Source: Cyclobacteriaceae bacterium (lineage in GTDB: Bacteria; Bacteroidota; Bacteroidia; Cytophagales; Cyclobacteriaceae). From it: a DNA stretch of 64,000 bases. The position numbers and the translations under genes are program-made. A model generated the notes under the pieces. The model did not search any database. It worked only from the letters and a program-made list of their open reading frames with translations, and was not told the origin of the DNA. This document shows, in pieces, positions 1 to 8,401 of the stretch (the stretch's first letter is position 1; every line of letters starts with the position of its first letter). The stretch is from contig JAGDZR010000007.1 in assembly GCA_049115695.1 (NCBI GenBank), forward strand, positions 27,895-91,894, in the 5' to 3' direction.

Positions 1-302
1 GTATCATCAGGGGCCAAAACCGATCCTGACAAATCTGTATCCAAGATGAATTCATCATATAAACCTGAAAGCGTAATGGCATTAGTTGCAGCCAGCGTAA
101 GATCAGTCGTTCCTGTATTGGTGATAATAAAGTAATTTGATGCAGAGTCTCCAATAATTACATCATTATAGTCAAAGCTATCTCCAGATGTGAACGCAGC
201 GCCACCATTGGATACACTTATAGACGGGTTGGCATTGAGGGTGCATAAAGAAAAAAGGAGCACATTACAAAGCAAAATTTTAAGGTGTAATTGTTTAGTC
301 AT
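1..302 (-). CDS. secreted protein, N-terminal fragment (gene runs off the left edge); Ig-like/choice-of-anchor-D-like beta-sandwich suspected
   Basis: ATG at 302-300 (reverse strand). Reads MTKQLHLKILLCNVLLFSLCTLNA (signal peptide), then ...DVIIGDSASNYFIITNTGTTDLTLAATNAITLSG, open to position 1. Absent from the ORF track because it has no stop in the window. Confidence 0.6.
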   Translation of the reverse strand, partial: MTKQLHLKILLCNVLLFSLCTLNANPSISVSNGGAAFTSGDSFDYNDVIIGDSASNYFIITNTGTTDLTLAATNAITLSGLYDEFILDTDLSGSVLAPDD

Positions 303-370
303 TCTGATTCAGGATTTAGTAATTATCAACACCTTAAACTAACACCACAGGGTAATCGTAACCAGTTTTT

Positions 371-410
371 CTTTGTAAACAACAGTTATACTTTGTGAAC
401 GACAAGTTAT
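371..410. repeat. tandem 20-bp imperfect direct repeat CTTTGTAAACAACAGTTATA / CTTTGTGAACGACAAGTTAT
   Basis: Read directly. Two abutting copies differ by two A/G transitions and a 1-nt indel. They lie in the spacer upstream of the 1..302 gene and downstream of the kinase gene. Confidence 0.7.
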
Positions 411-474
411 GAGCTACAAATTATGACACTGTTGTAAATGAAATCTGCTTTAACAAATAACTCTTTTAAGATTC

Positions 475-2607
475 TTACCGAACGAAAAACTCCACTTTGA
501 CAAACATTCCCTTGTCAGAATTGCGCGTCACTGAACCATCAAAACTATCAACCAGACTATCTATAATACTCCAGCCAAACCCTTTCTTCATATCCTTGAC
601 TCCTGGGCCATTGTCCTGACAGGTCAATATGCACTTTCCGCCTGCCGAATTCATTGAAACGAAGAGCACCGGGTTTTCCACCTGAGGAAATGCATATTTC
701 ACACTATTTGTGATCAACTCGTTCAAGATCAATCCAACAGAAATCATCAGATCCAGTTCCACTGTTTCCACTTTGAATTGGTACTCGACTTGTGGTCTCT
801 TATGGGTCTGTGTACTGATCACCAAATCTATCAGACGCGGCACATAGGACTTTATTTCCACAGAGTGGTAATTATCATTCTGATAAAGGTGTTCGTGTAT
901 CAATCCAATGGTATGAATGCGATTTTGTGTCAGTTGCAAAATTTCCGCAGGATCACGATCATCCAGTCTTCTAGCCTGCATACTCAAGATACTCGAAACC
1001 ATCTGGAGGTTATTCTTGACCCTATGGTGAATTTCTCTGAGTAGCATTTCGTTTTGGTCACTTCTATGCGTGATTTCCTTGTTTAATTGATGTATCCGCT
1101 TGTTTCTAGTCACTACCTTGACCAGCAGGATTAAGACAATCATAAAACCGATCAGAATCACTAGAATATAGTCTCTTTGCACACGTTCCTTTTCTGAGAT
1201 ATTCTTATTTTCTCTAGACAATCGATCTATTTCCATGGCCTTTACGTTCAATTCCATTTTTGCCTTGTATTCCTCACTTTCGCGATAAACTTCAGCTTCC
1301 ATTTCAGCAATAATGATAGCTGTATACTGTTGGAAATAAGTCAATGCTTTTACATGATCACCTAGGGCCTCCTGTATGTCGTAAAGAACTTTCAAGGCTT
1401 GCTTTCTCTGGAGGAATGAACCCAGCTCTTCAGCAAGTTCTAATGCCTTAACACCATATGTATTGGAAACATTCACCTTACCTAATAATAGGTTCGTCTC
1501 AGCTATCAATGCAAAGAATCGAGACTTACTTGCCCTATGTCCAATCGAATCCGCAAACACTATTCCTTGTTCATAGAGAGCCAACGCTTGCAGTGGTCTT
1601 GACTGTTCTCGTTCAATATTGGCCAACTTGTAAATCAACGAACCAAAAGGAGCCAGCATTCTTTCCGCTAAAAGGCCATCCCAGCATTGCTCATAATAAT
1701 ATTTGGCTGAGTCAAGTTGCCCTAACTGCATAAAACCATCTCCAATGTCGATAAGCTCTAACAGGTATCGTGAATTAATACCGATTTGCTGGAACATGGC
1801 TGAAGATCTATGAAAGTAACTAAATGCACTATCATACTCCTCAATCAACTGATAGAGTGCTCCAACCTCGGAAATTGCCATTGCCAACCGAAAGGTGTCC
1901 GTTAATTGCTCAAGCTCTCTAATCTTTGACATTTTATCCTTCATTATACTTCCCACCACAAATTCATTGCTATGAATGTCCGTATTGAGATGTGCTGAAT
2001 TCGCCTGATCTATCAGCGAAGAGTAACGCACTTCATATCTCAATCCATCCACAATCAACCTGATCGCTTCTTCAAAGTTCCCGATTGCACGATTCACCAG
2101 CCCCAGATTATTCATGACCCGTGAAATATTGGACGAGTCTGCAATAGATTCAAAATAATCCAGGGATTCACCCAATAATACAAGGGCCGTGTCATAATCA
2201 GATGTATAGTAATAGGTCAACCCAAACGTGTTCAATGATTCTGCTAATAATTTGGAAGCTGAGAGTTTTCTGAAAATATCAATGGCCTGAACCAATGCAA
2301 TTCGTGAATTTGGATAATCTGCATGAAACCAATGCGTCATGCCGATCCGTTGGTACGCTTTCGCAATGCCAAGGTGATAATCCAAATCCTCAGCTAGCTG
2401 CAGAGATCGATTAGCAAACTCGAGGCATTTGTAATAATCCAAACTGGTATACCAGGCTGAAAATTCGTAGAGAATATCAACTTGCTGCAATGGATCATTC
2501 GTTTGTTGCAAGACATTCTCAAGACTATCTAGCGTTGATTTGGCACTCAATGTCATTGAACCAATGACCAACACAATAACCAATGTTAGTGAAAATAGCC
2601 TTTGCAT
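475..2607 (-). CDS. TPR-repeat sensor histidine kinase (HisKA_2-type H-box plus HATPase_c)
   Basis: 710-aa ORF with an N-terminal signal/TM segment and a long TPR-like repeat region. A TM helix (YILVILIGFMIVLILLV) is followed by the H-box EIHHRVKNNLQMVSSIL and ATPase motifs NELITNSVKYAF and DNGPG. Confidence 0.9.
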   Translation of the reverse strand: MQRLFSLTLVIVLVIGSMTLSAKSTLDSLENVLQQTNDPLQQVDILYEFSAWYTSLDYYKCLEFANRSLQLAEDLDYHLGIAKAYQRIGMTHWFHADYPNSRIALVQAIDIFRKLSASKLLAESLNTFGLTYYYTSDYDTALVLLGESLDYFESIADSSNISRVMNNLGLVNRAIGNFEEAIRLIVDGLRYEVRYSSLIDQANSAHLNTDIHSNEFVVGSIMKDKMSKIRELEQLTDTFRLAMAISEVGALYQLIEEYDSAFSYFHRSSAMFQQIGINSRYLLELIDIGDGFMQLGQLDSAKYYYEQCWDGLLAERMLAPFGSLIYKLANIEREQSRPLQALALYEQGIVFADSIGHRASKSRFFALIAETNLLLGKVNVSNTYGVKALELAEELGSFLQRKQALKVLYDIQEALGDHVKALTYFQQYTAIIIAEMEAEVYRESEEYKAKMELNVKAMEIDRLSRENKNISEKERVQRDYILVILIGFMIVLILLVKVVTRNKRIHQLNKEITHRSDQNEMLLREIHHRVKNNLQMVSSILSMQARRLDDRDPAEILQLTQNRIHTIGLIHEHLYQNDNYHSVEIKSYVPRLIDLVISTQTHKRPQVEYQFKVETVELDLMISVGLILNELITNSVKYAFPQVENPVLFVSMNSAGGKCILTCQDNGPGVKDMKKGFGWSIIDSLVDSFDGSVTRNSDKGMFVKVEFFVR

Positions 2608-2756
2608 AATATGGTATTTCCCGAGGTACAGTTCACAAAAATATCAAGCTTTCACGTCATACATTACCAAACAAGCGATGATCAATGTCACACTACCTGA
2701 ATTTTGAAATGTCCGTGAAATTACTGAGATTATGTTCACATCAAACTAACATTTCA

Positions 2757-2927
2757 ATGGATTCTATTTTTTACGTAATTCACCTCGTTTGTGCCATTTG
2801 GGTCATCTACGATGTAGTAGCCAACCAAAAAGGCATGAGCGGAGGAACCAAAGCAATCTGGGTCATCTGCGCCTTGTTATTCAGCATCATCACCGCCATT
2901 GTATACTACTTCATGAAGAAAAAATAG
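2757..2927 (+). CDS. small membrane protein, PLD-nuclease-N-terminal (PLDc_N)-like
   Basis: Two hydrophobic helices (IFYVIHLVCAIWVIYDV, AIWVICALLFSIITAIVYYF) with a basic C-terminus. The internal ATG at 2757 is preferred over the track start at 2685, whose extra 24 residues are not membrane-like. Confidence 0.55.
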   Translation: MDSIFYVIHLVCAIWVIYDVVANQKGMSGGTKAIWVICALLFSIITAIVYYFMKKK

Positions 2928-2947
2928 CCCTTTATCTTAAACTGAAG

Positions 2948-2979
2948 AAAAGCGACTATTAACGCATAGCCGCTTTTTT
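2948..2979. terminator. candidate bidirectional hairpin terminator between convergent genes
   Basis: AAAAGCG (2948-2954) pairs with CGCTTTT (2971-2977), with an extra C-G pair inside. A T-run follows on the plus strand and an A-run precedes it. Confidence 0.45.
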
Positions 2980-2984
2980 AATGA

Positions 2985-4112
2985 CTATTCCTCAATTCCC
3001 AACTGCTCCTTTCTTACTTTCATACTATCCTTCATGATAGCTGTGGTATAGGATAAGGCCGGTTTCCATTCTTCCATTTGAGTGGTTATCCCTTCAGCTT
3101 TATCAAAATTTCCTGTGACCAGATACAAGTTGTAGCTCGACTGAAATAATGGTGCTGCCATCACTGGCTCAATTCTTCCATCCTTTTTGTCTTTATAGTT
3201 CCCCTCCTCTAATATTTGCAGATATTGAGCAGCGCACGATTCAATCTCTTTGGTCAGGGATTCATCAGGAAGTGACATGTTTTCTTCGATTGATTCCAGC
3301 GCCTTTTTTGCGCGACCTTTCAAGGCTTCAATATCACTAAAGTCAACTTTCTTAGAACTCTTAAGAAATGCCAGGCTCGCGGATACCGGCACCTTTACAT
3401 TACTGCTGAATGACTCAGTCATGGCCGTTATTTCTTCGAGATGCTCAACAATACTCTCATTGGACTTTATTTTCAATAACCCCGATGGACTAATTTCTTC
3501 ACTATTGTAACGCGCATTTTCAGGCATTACCAGTTTGGTACTATGCACCATTGAACCTGGGGTCTTATCCAGAGACCCCATGGGATACATCACTAGCTCA
3601 CCATCAGCATACTTAAAGGTCAAAAGTATGGGGTATGAATAGAATACTCCAGCTATATAGCTGCTCGAATTGGGTAATTTTGAAAAATTGGTTGTAACAC
3701 CCAGCCTCCATGGGGCCGCTTTAAATGCAACAACCACATCCGCACTACTTTCGTCCTCTACTTTTTCAAGAGGTAATTCAAAGCGAGTTTCAGCATAATT
3801 TTTCACCTTCTCTAATCCAGGAGGATCAGCATTGAACTCTATTTGTACTGAATAGTCAAACTGCTTAAACATTTTAGCTCGCTGTTCGAAATCAAAGGTC
3901 CTGCTAGCGCCTGACAATTCTGTGTCTTCGTATTGATCAAATGTAACGTAATAAGTCTGTGTACCTTCTTTTAGCTGATAGGGATTTGGCTTACTCATGG
4001 TCAACTCAACAGTTTCCCATACCACATTTTTCTGAGCACTTGAATCAAGGAAAATTCCAATTGTTAATATGGCAAGGAAACTTCGAAGACTTCTATTCTT
4101 TAATTTTTTCAT
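2985..4112 (-). CDS. hypothetical secreted protein
   Basis: 375-aa ORF with signal peptide MKKLKNRSLRSFLAILTIGIFLDSSAQ. I recognise no domain. Confidence 0.7.
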   Translation of the reverse strand: MKKLKNRSLRSFLAILTIGIFLDSSAQKNVVWETVELTMSKPNPYQLKEGTQTYYVTFDQYEDTELSGASRTFDFEQRAKMFKQFDYSVQIEFNADPPGLEKVKNYAETRFELPLEKVEDESSADVVVAFKAAPWRLGVTTNFSKLPNSSSYIAGVFYSYPILLTFKYADGELVMYPMGSLDKTPGSMVHSTKLVMPENARYNSEEISPSGLLKIKSNESIVEHLEEITAMTESFSSNVKVPVSASLAFLKSSKKVDFSDIEALKGRAKKALESIEENMSLPDESLTKEIESCAAQYLQILEEGNYKDKKDGRIEPVMAAPLFQSSYNLYLVTGNFDKAEGITTQMEEWKPALSYTTAIMKDSMKVRKEQLGIEE

Positions 4113-4147
4113 TTTATGATATTTAAATCAATTGATATACTCTTTTC

Positions 4148-5161
4148 TTAATTCCTGAAAACTGCAGTACAAATCTCCACTGAAATCGACTGCACTTGAT
4201 CAGCATTATCTATCGGTGATTTAGTAGCTATTACAAATTCTTGTGATCCACCTGGAGCGATGTTGGGATTTAATCTCATCGGTTGACCCCCAGATCCTGA
4301 AATTTCATTCAATACCGCATTATTACCATCCAACAAGGTGGCTTTTACATTGCCAGCATAAAGGGTCAATTCCGAATTATTGGTAATTGTGATATAGAGG
4401 CTTGGACTTGTGCCTGCCATCCTGACCTCCCCTTTTGCAACCAGTTTCTCATGTGCTTCCATTTCGCTTAGCACAAGTGACTTCTTGTCTTTAAGGGTAG
4501 GTTCATCTGGCAATAATTTAGAAAACTCATCCAGTTGTGCTATTGCACCCTTGTAATCCGCACATTTGCCCATTGGCCACAAGTACTTCTTTTCAAACCC
4601 CAGACTGAGTTTGGAAGAAAGATCCTTCTTCAATTTGTCAGCTGATTCTTTTTCTTTCAATGCTTTGAGCCCGATAAGCACTAGTCCATCAGCATCAGTA
4701 TCGAGACTAAAACTAATGGGCTTGAACTTTGCCTCACTGATACCAATGGCAGCTAGTATCTCTGGCAAGTCCTCCTTAGTAGCATCTGGCATTTTCTTCT
4801 CCATCATAGCGAGTAATTGATCCGCCGTTGGCATGCCTCGCCCAGCAAATGGGCTATTTTCTTCAATTGAAACGGTGCTAATGACCGACTGACCTCCTTC
4901 TTCCCCAGTTTTTTTAAAAACAAAAAACTGATCATTGAATGTCCTAAAGGCACTAGACATGGCTGACTCTGGAAACAAGCCAGTAAATGTCTTTTCATCC
5001 ATCAATTCCTTATCATCTGCAGATAACAGGGCATAAGCTTCTGAATATTTCTGTGAATTGATTTTGCCAATAAAGTCATTTACGCTCTCCTGAGCGAGGA
5101 TTGGGCCGCTCAACCACAGCATAAATAAGAGTGAAACGATACTTCTAAGTTTGTGAGTCAT
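4148..5161 (-). CDS. hypothetical secreted protein
   Basis: 337-aa ORF with signal peptide (LLFMLWLSGPILAQ). I recognise no confident domain. The C-terminal part looks like a beta-sandwich. Confidence 0.7.
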   Translation of the reverse strand: MTHKLRSIVSLLFMLWLSGPILAQESVNDFIGKINSQKYSEAYALLSADDKELMDEKTFTGLFPESAMSSAFRTFNDQFFVFKKTGEEGGQSVISTVSIEENSPFAGRGMPTADQLLAMMEKKMPDATKEDLPEILAAIGISEAKFKPISFSLDTDADGLVLIGLKALKEKESADKLKKDLSSKLSLGFEKKYLWPMGKCADYKGAIAQLDEFSKLLPDEPTLKDKKSLVLSEMEAHEKLVAKGEVRMAGTSPSLYITITNNSELTLYAGNVKATLLDGNNAVLNEISGSGGQPMRLNPNIAPGGSQEFVIATKSPIDNADQVQSISVEICTAVFRN

Positions 5162-5311
5162 GAGATAATTGTTTGATTTTCAACAATCTCCTCACAATGC
5201 ACTTGATACCCTATGACAAGTTCATGAGCGACATGAATTTACCCATGAGCGTAAACATTTTTGCCTTGAACAACTAGTGTGTTAATATAACTTGGTAAAC
5301 ATCCGACCAAC

Positions 5312-7951
5312 CTATTCGCTTCGTAGCATTTTCACCGGGTTTACCCTGGCGATTTTAATCGCCTGATAACTGACTGTGATAAAAACCAAAACTGTAGTAA
5401 GTAAACCCGCTCCTATGAAGCTCAAAGCACCGATATCAACGTGATAGGCAAAGTTTACCAACCATTCGCTCAAAGCGTAGTAAGCAAGTGGAACGCCAAT
5501 CACAAAGGCCACCCCAATTAGGATCAAAAATTCTCTGGAGAACACCTGAATAATATGAAACAGTGAACCTCCCAGAACTTTGCGGATGCTCATCTCTTTG
5601 CTGCGTTGGTTCACCACATAAGTAGCCAAACCAAATAGCCCGGTACAAGACATCACGATGGCCAGGTAAGTGAAAATATCAAAAATACGTGCCGTATTCT
5701 GATCTGACTCATATTGTTGTTGAAGCTCCTCATCTAAAAATGAATAGACGAAAGTCTCTTCTGTAAAAGTCGCCCACTTGGCCTCTAAAGCCGCCAGGGT
5801 TGACTGCACGTTCGTTGAGTTTAATCGGACGACCAAATTACCTGTGATGTTGTCAGGTTGAATATTGAACATGACCATTGGTCCAATCTCGGAGTGTAAC
5901 GAATAATAATTATAGTCCTCAACCACCCCAACAATTTTATAAGTTGGGCCATCTCCCTGACCATTGAATGCGCTTGTTTTAAACTTCATTCCAACACCAG
6001 ATGCCACTCCCATGGCTCGAACAGCCGCTTCATTCACCACAATAGACAATGAGTCATCAAATGCTGGATCAAAGGTACGACCCTCGACCAATCTCATTTG
6101 CATAGCTGAAATGAACTCATCATCAACATTGCTGGTGTTGGTTCGAATGTCCGCAATATTCGGATCACTCACCTGAAATACATTACTGCCATGAAATTGT
6201 CCTGGCAAGATACTTGCCGCTCCAACTGAATTCACAGCAGACATGGATTTCAACTCGTTAATAAAGGCCTGATAATCAGTGTCCAGATTCTGCGCCTGCT
6301 TAATGATCAATAAATTATCCTTATTGAATCCAAGATTTTTATCCTGCAAATAGCTCATCTGTCGATCCGCAATTATGGAACCTGAAATCATCACAATGGA
6401 TATCAGGAACTGAAATGTTATGAGTGAGTTTCTGAGCCAGACGCCATTACTGCTCGTTTTAAATGAGCCCTTTAAAACGCGGGTCGGCATCATAGATGAA
6501 ATGGATATTGCAGGATACAATCCTGATATTATGCCAATCAAAACTACAAACACCAGTAGCAGCACTACTCCAAGCGGATCGATCAATGAGTTAAAATCTA
6601 ATGAGGTACCTACAAGAAAGTTGAACCTTGGAATGAAAGCGTATAAAATACCTATTGAGATGACAGAAGAAAGCAGGCAAACGAAAACTGACTCAGTCAA
6701 AAACTGCCCGATAAGGTGTTTACGATATGAGCCCATGACCTTTCTAATCCCGACCTCCTTAGCTCTTTCAGTAGACCTTGCGATCGACAGGTTGATGAAA
6801 TTGATAGAGCTAATCACCAGTATGATAATTGCAATGGCAGTCAACACATAGACATACGCAATATCGCTATTGGGTTCTACCTCCACATCTGTTTTTGACT
6901 TCAAGTGAATATCAGTTAGCGGTTGTAGGTAATACTCAAATGCATGGCCATTTAATTTCCAGTCAGCTCCAATGGTACTTGCTAGACTTGCATTTCCGTA
7001 TGTATCCACGATACTTTCAAATTCTCCCTCAAGGACAGACGGATTTACGTTTTCTCTGAGCTTGATATAGGTATAAACCCAGGGGCTCATCCAATTGCTG
7101 CCAGAATTGCGGATGAATGGAAGTGCATCAACAGATCCCAAAAGATCAAAATGAATATGTGAATTATCAGGTAGGTCTTCAATAACGCCAGAAACCATCA
7201 ACGAGCTATCTAATTGGATTGTTCTACCTACAACATCCGTTGCTCCAAAGTATCTCAAGGCCGTTGAGGCAGTCAACACCACATTTTGATCTCCGTAAAG
7301 TGCCGTTTTCGGATCTCCATGCAAAAAATCATAGGAGAACACATCAAAAAACACAGAATCCGCAAAAAGGAACCTGGTTTCAATAAATTTATTTTCACTT
7401 CCCTCCGGTCGAACGGTTATCTCGTTGTTGAAAAACAGTCGGTGAAGCCGGGTGGCTTGTTCCACAACTGGGTAGTTTTCCTTTAGCGTAGGCGCAAGTT
7501 CGAAAGCCGAAGTACCAAAATCTTTTGTTCGTCCGGGATAGACACGATGCAGCGCTGCTCTGTAAATTCGATCACTGTCTTTGAAGAACTTATCATAGGA
7601 AGTTTCGAATTGTACATACATGCCAATCATAATAACACTGGCTAACCCTACTGAAAGCCCTAGAATATTGATGAAAGCATATACTTTGTTTCTTTTGAGA
7701 TTACGCCAAGAAATTTTGACGTGATTGATGGTCATCATTGTGTATGTAGTTTTTGTCCTTTTCTTTAATAAATGTGGTCTCAGATACCTTAGCACTTCAT
7801 AAATCAAGACCCAGTTTCGTGACCACTCATTTCCCAAGTCCTCATTTAACTCCTCCAGGTCGCCAATTACCTCATCATGCCAGATAGGGTCACAGATCCA
7901 CTCTATGAAAGTAACCACCCAATTGGGGAGTTTTTGTTGATCAGATAGCAT
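5312..7951 (-). CDS. FtsX/MacB-type ABC transporter permease with N-terminal permease-prefix domain
   Basis: 879 aa. A roughly 70-aa cytoplasmic prefix is followed by TM1 (VYAFINILGLSVGLASVIMIG), a large periplasmic domain, an FtsX 3-TM block, a second periplasmic domain and a second FtsX block. The start overlaps the padR stop by 11 nt. Confidence 0.9.
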   Translation of the reverse strand: MLSDQQKLPNWVVTFIEWICDPIWHDEVIGDLEELNEDLGNEWSRNWVLIYEVLRYLRPHLLKKRTKTTYTMMTINHVKISWRNLKRNKVYAFINILGLSVGLASVIMIGMYVQFETSYDKFFKDSDRIYRAALHRVYPGRTKDFGTSAFELAPTLKENYPVVEQATRLHRLFFNNEITVRPEGSENKFIETRFLFADSVFFDVFSYDFLHGDPKTALYGDQNVVLTASTALRYFGATDVVGRTIQLDSSLMVSGVIEDLPDNSHIHFDLLGSVDALPFIRNSGSNWMSPWVYTYIKLRENVNPSVLEGEFESIVDTYGNASLASTIGADWKLNGHAFEYYLQPLTDIHLKSKTDVEVEPNSDIAYVYVLTAIAIIILVISSINFINLSIARSTERAKEVGIRKVMGSYRKHLIGQFLTESVFVCLLSSVISIGILYAFIPRFNFLVGTSLDFNSLIDPLGVVLLLVFVVLIGIISGLYPAISISSMMPTRVLKGSFKTSSNGVWLRNSLITFQFLISIVMISGSIIADRQMSYLQDKNLGFNKDNLLIIKQAQNLDTDYQAFINELKSMSAVNSVGAASILPGQFHGSNVFQVSDPNIADIRTNTSNVDDEFISAMQMRLVEGRTFDPAFDDSLSIVVNEAAVRAMGVASGVGMKFKTSAFNGQGDGPTYKIVGVVEDYNYYSLHSEIGPMVMFNIQPDNITGNLVVRLNSTNVQSTLAALEAKWATFTEETFVYSFLDEELQQQYESDQNTARIFDIFTYLAIVMSCTGLFGLATYVVNQRSKEMSIRKVLGGSLFHIIQVFSREFLILIGVAFVIGVPLAYYALSEWLVNFAYHVDIGALSFIGAGLLTTVLVFITVSYQAIKIARVNPVKMLRSE

Positions 7952-8270
7952 CCAGCATCATCTTATCGAGTGACATCTTTTCCCACATCGACTGTCTCAC
8001 CTTACTGATCTCCTTTACCAGACTATACCCTTTAGCTGTTAGTGTATACAAGCGCTTACTTCTTCCTCCTCGTTTGTTGCTGCTTCCACCCATCCTGGAC
8101 TTCACTAAGCGCTCGTTCTCCAATCTGTAAAGAATGGTATGAATAGTTCCTAGTGAAATACCGCTTCCTGATTCCTCCTTTATTTGCTGCTTAACACCAT
8201 ATGCATACCCTTCCGGGTGTAACATCCCAATGCTCAGCAGTACCAACTCTTCCTGATTACTTAAATTCAT
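7941..8270 (-). CDS. PadR family transcriptional regulator
   Basis: 109 aa with a winged-helix PadR pattern: LVLLSIGMLHPEGYAYGVKQQIKE...GTIHTILYRLENERLVKS...KRLYTLTAKG. Confidence 0.9.
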   Translation of the reverse strand: MNLSNQEELVLLSIGMLHPEGYAYGVKQQIKEESGSGISLGTIHTILYRLENERLVKSRMGGSSNKRGGRSKRLYTLTAKGYSLVKEISKVRQSMWEKMSLDKMMLDAI

Positions 8271-8280
8271 AGTGTCAACC

Positions 8281-8308
8281 TATTTGTTTTGTACTCGAAA
8301 AACAAATA
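8281..8308. promoter_or_regulatory. 10-bp perfect inverted repeat TATTTGTTTT-N8-AAAACAAATA in the padR/permease divergent region
   Basis: Read directly: arms at 8281-8290 and 8299-8308. It starts 11 nt upstream of the padR start codon. Candidate operator or 5-prime UTR hairpin. Confidence 0.4.
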
Positions 8309-8340
8309 AAGGTTTCGGTTAGTAGATAAAATTGACGAAT

Positions 8341-8368
8341 GGTTTGAAACTAAATGTTTTTTCAAACC
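8341..8368. promoter_or_regulatory. 9-bp perfect inverted repeat GGTTTGAAA-N10-TTTCAAACC flanked by two ATTGAC motifs
   Basis: Read directly: arms at 8341-8349 and 8360-8368, with ATTGAC at 8331-8336 and 8370-8375. It lies 34 nt upstream of the 8402 start codon. Confidence 0.4.
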
Positions 8369-8401
8369 AATTGACCTAATTTTCAATCAGAAAAAGTTTT
8401 T

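Noticed and set aside
6420-6851. 143-aa plus-strand ORF antisense to the FtsX permease. Similar long antisense ORFs occur at 46627..46998, 61342..61692, 62293..62628, 19489..19824 and 20213..20536.
   Set aside because: All lie wholly inside long, well-supported genes on the opposite strand. Their translations are low-complexity or have unnatural composition (Ser/Thr/Ile-rich, no motifs). They are typical shadow ORFs.
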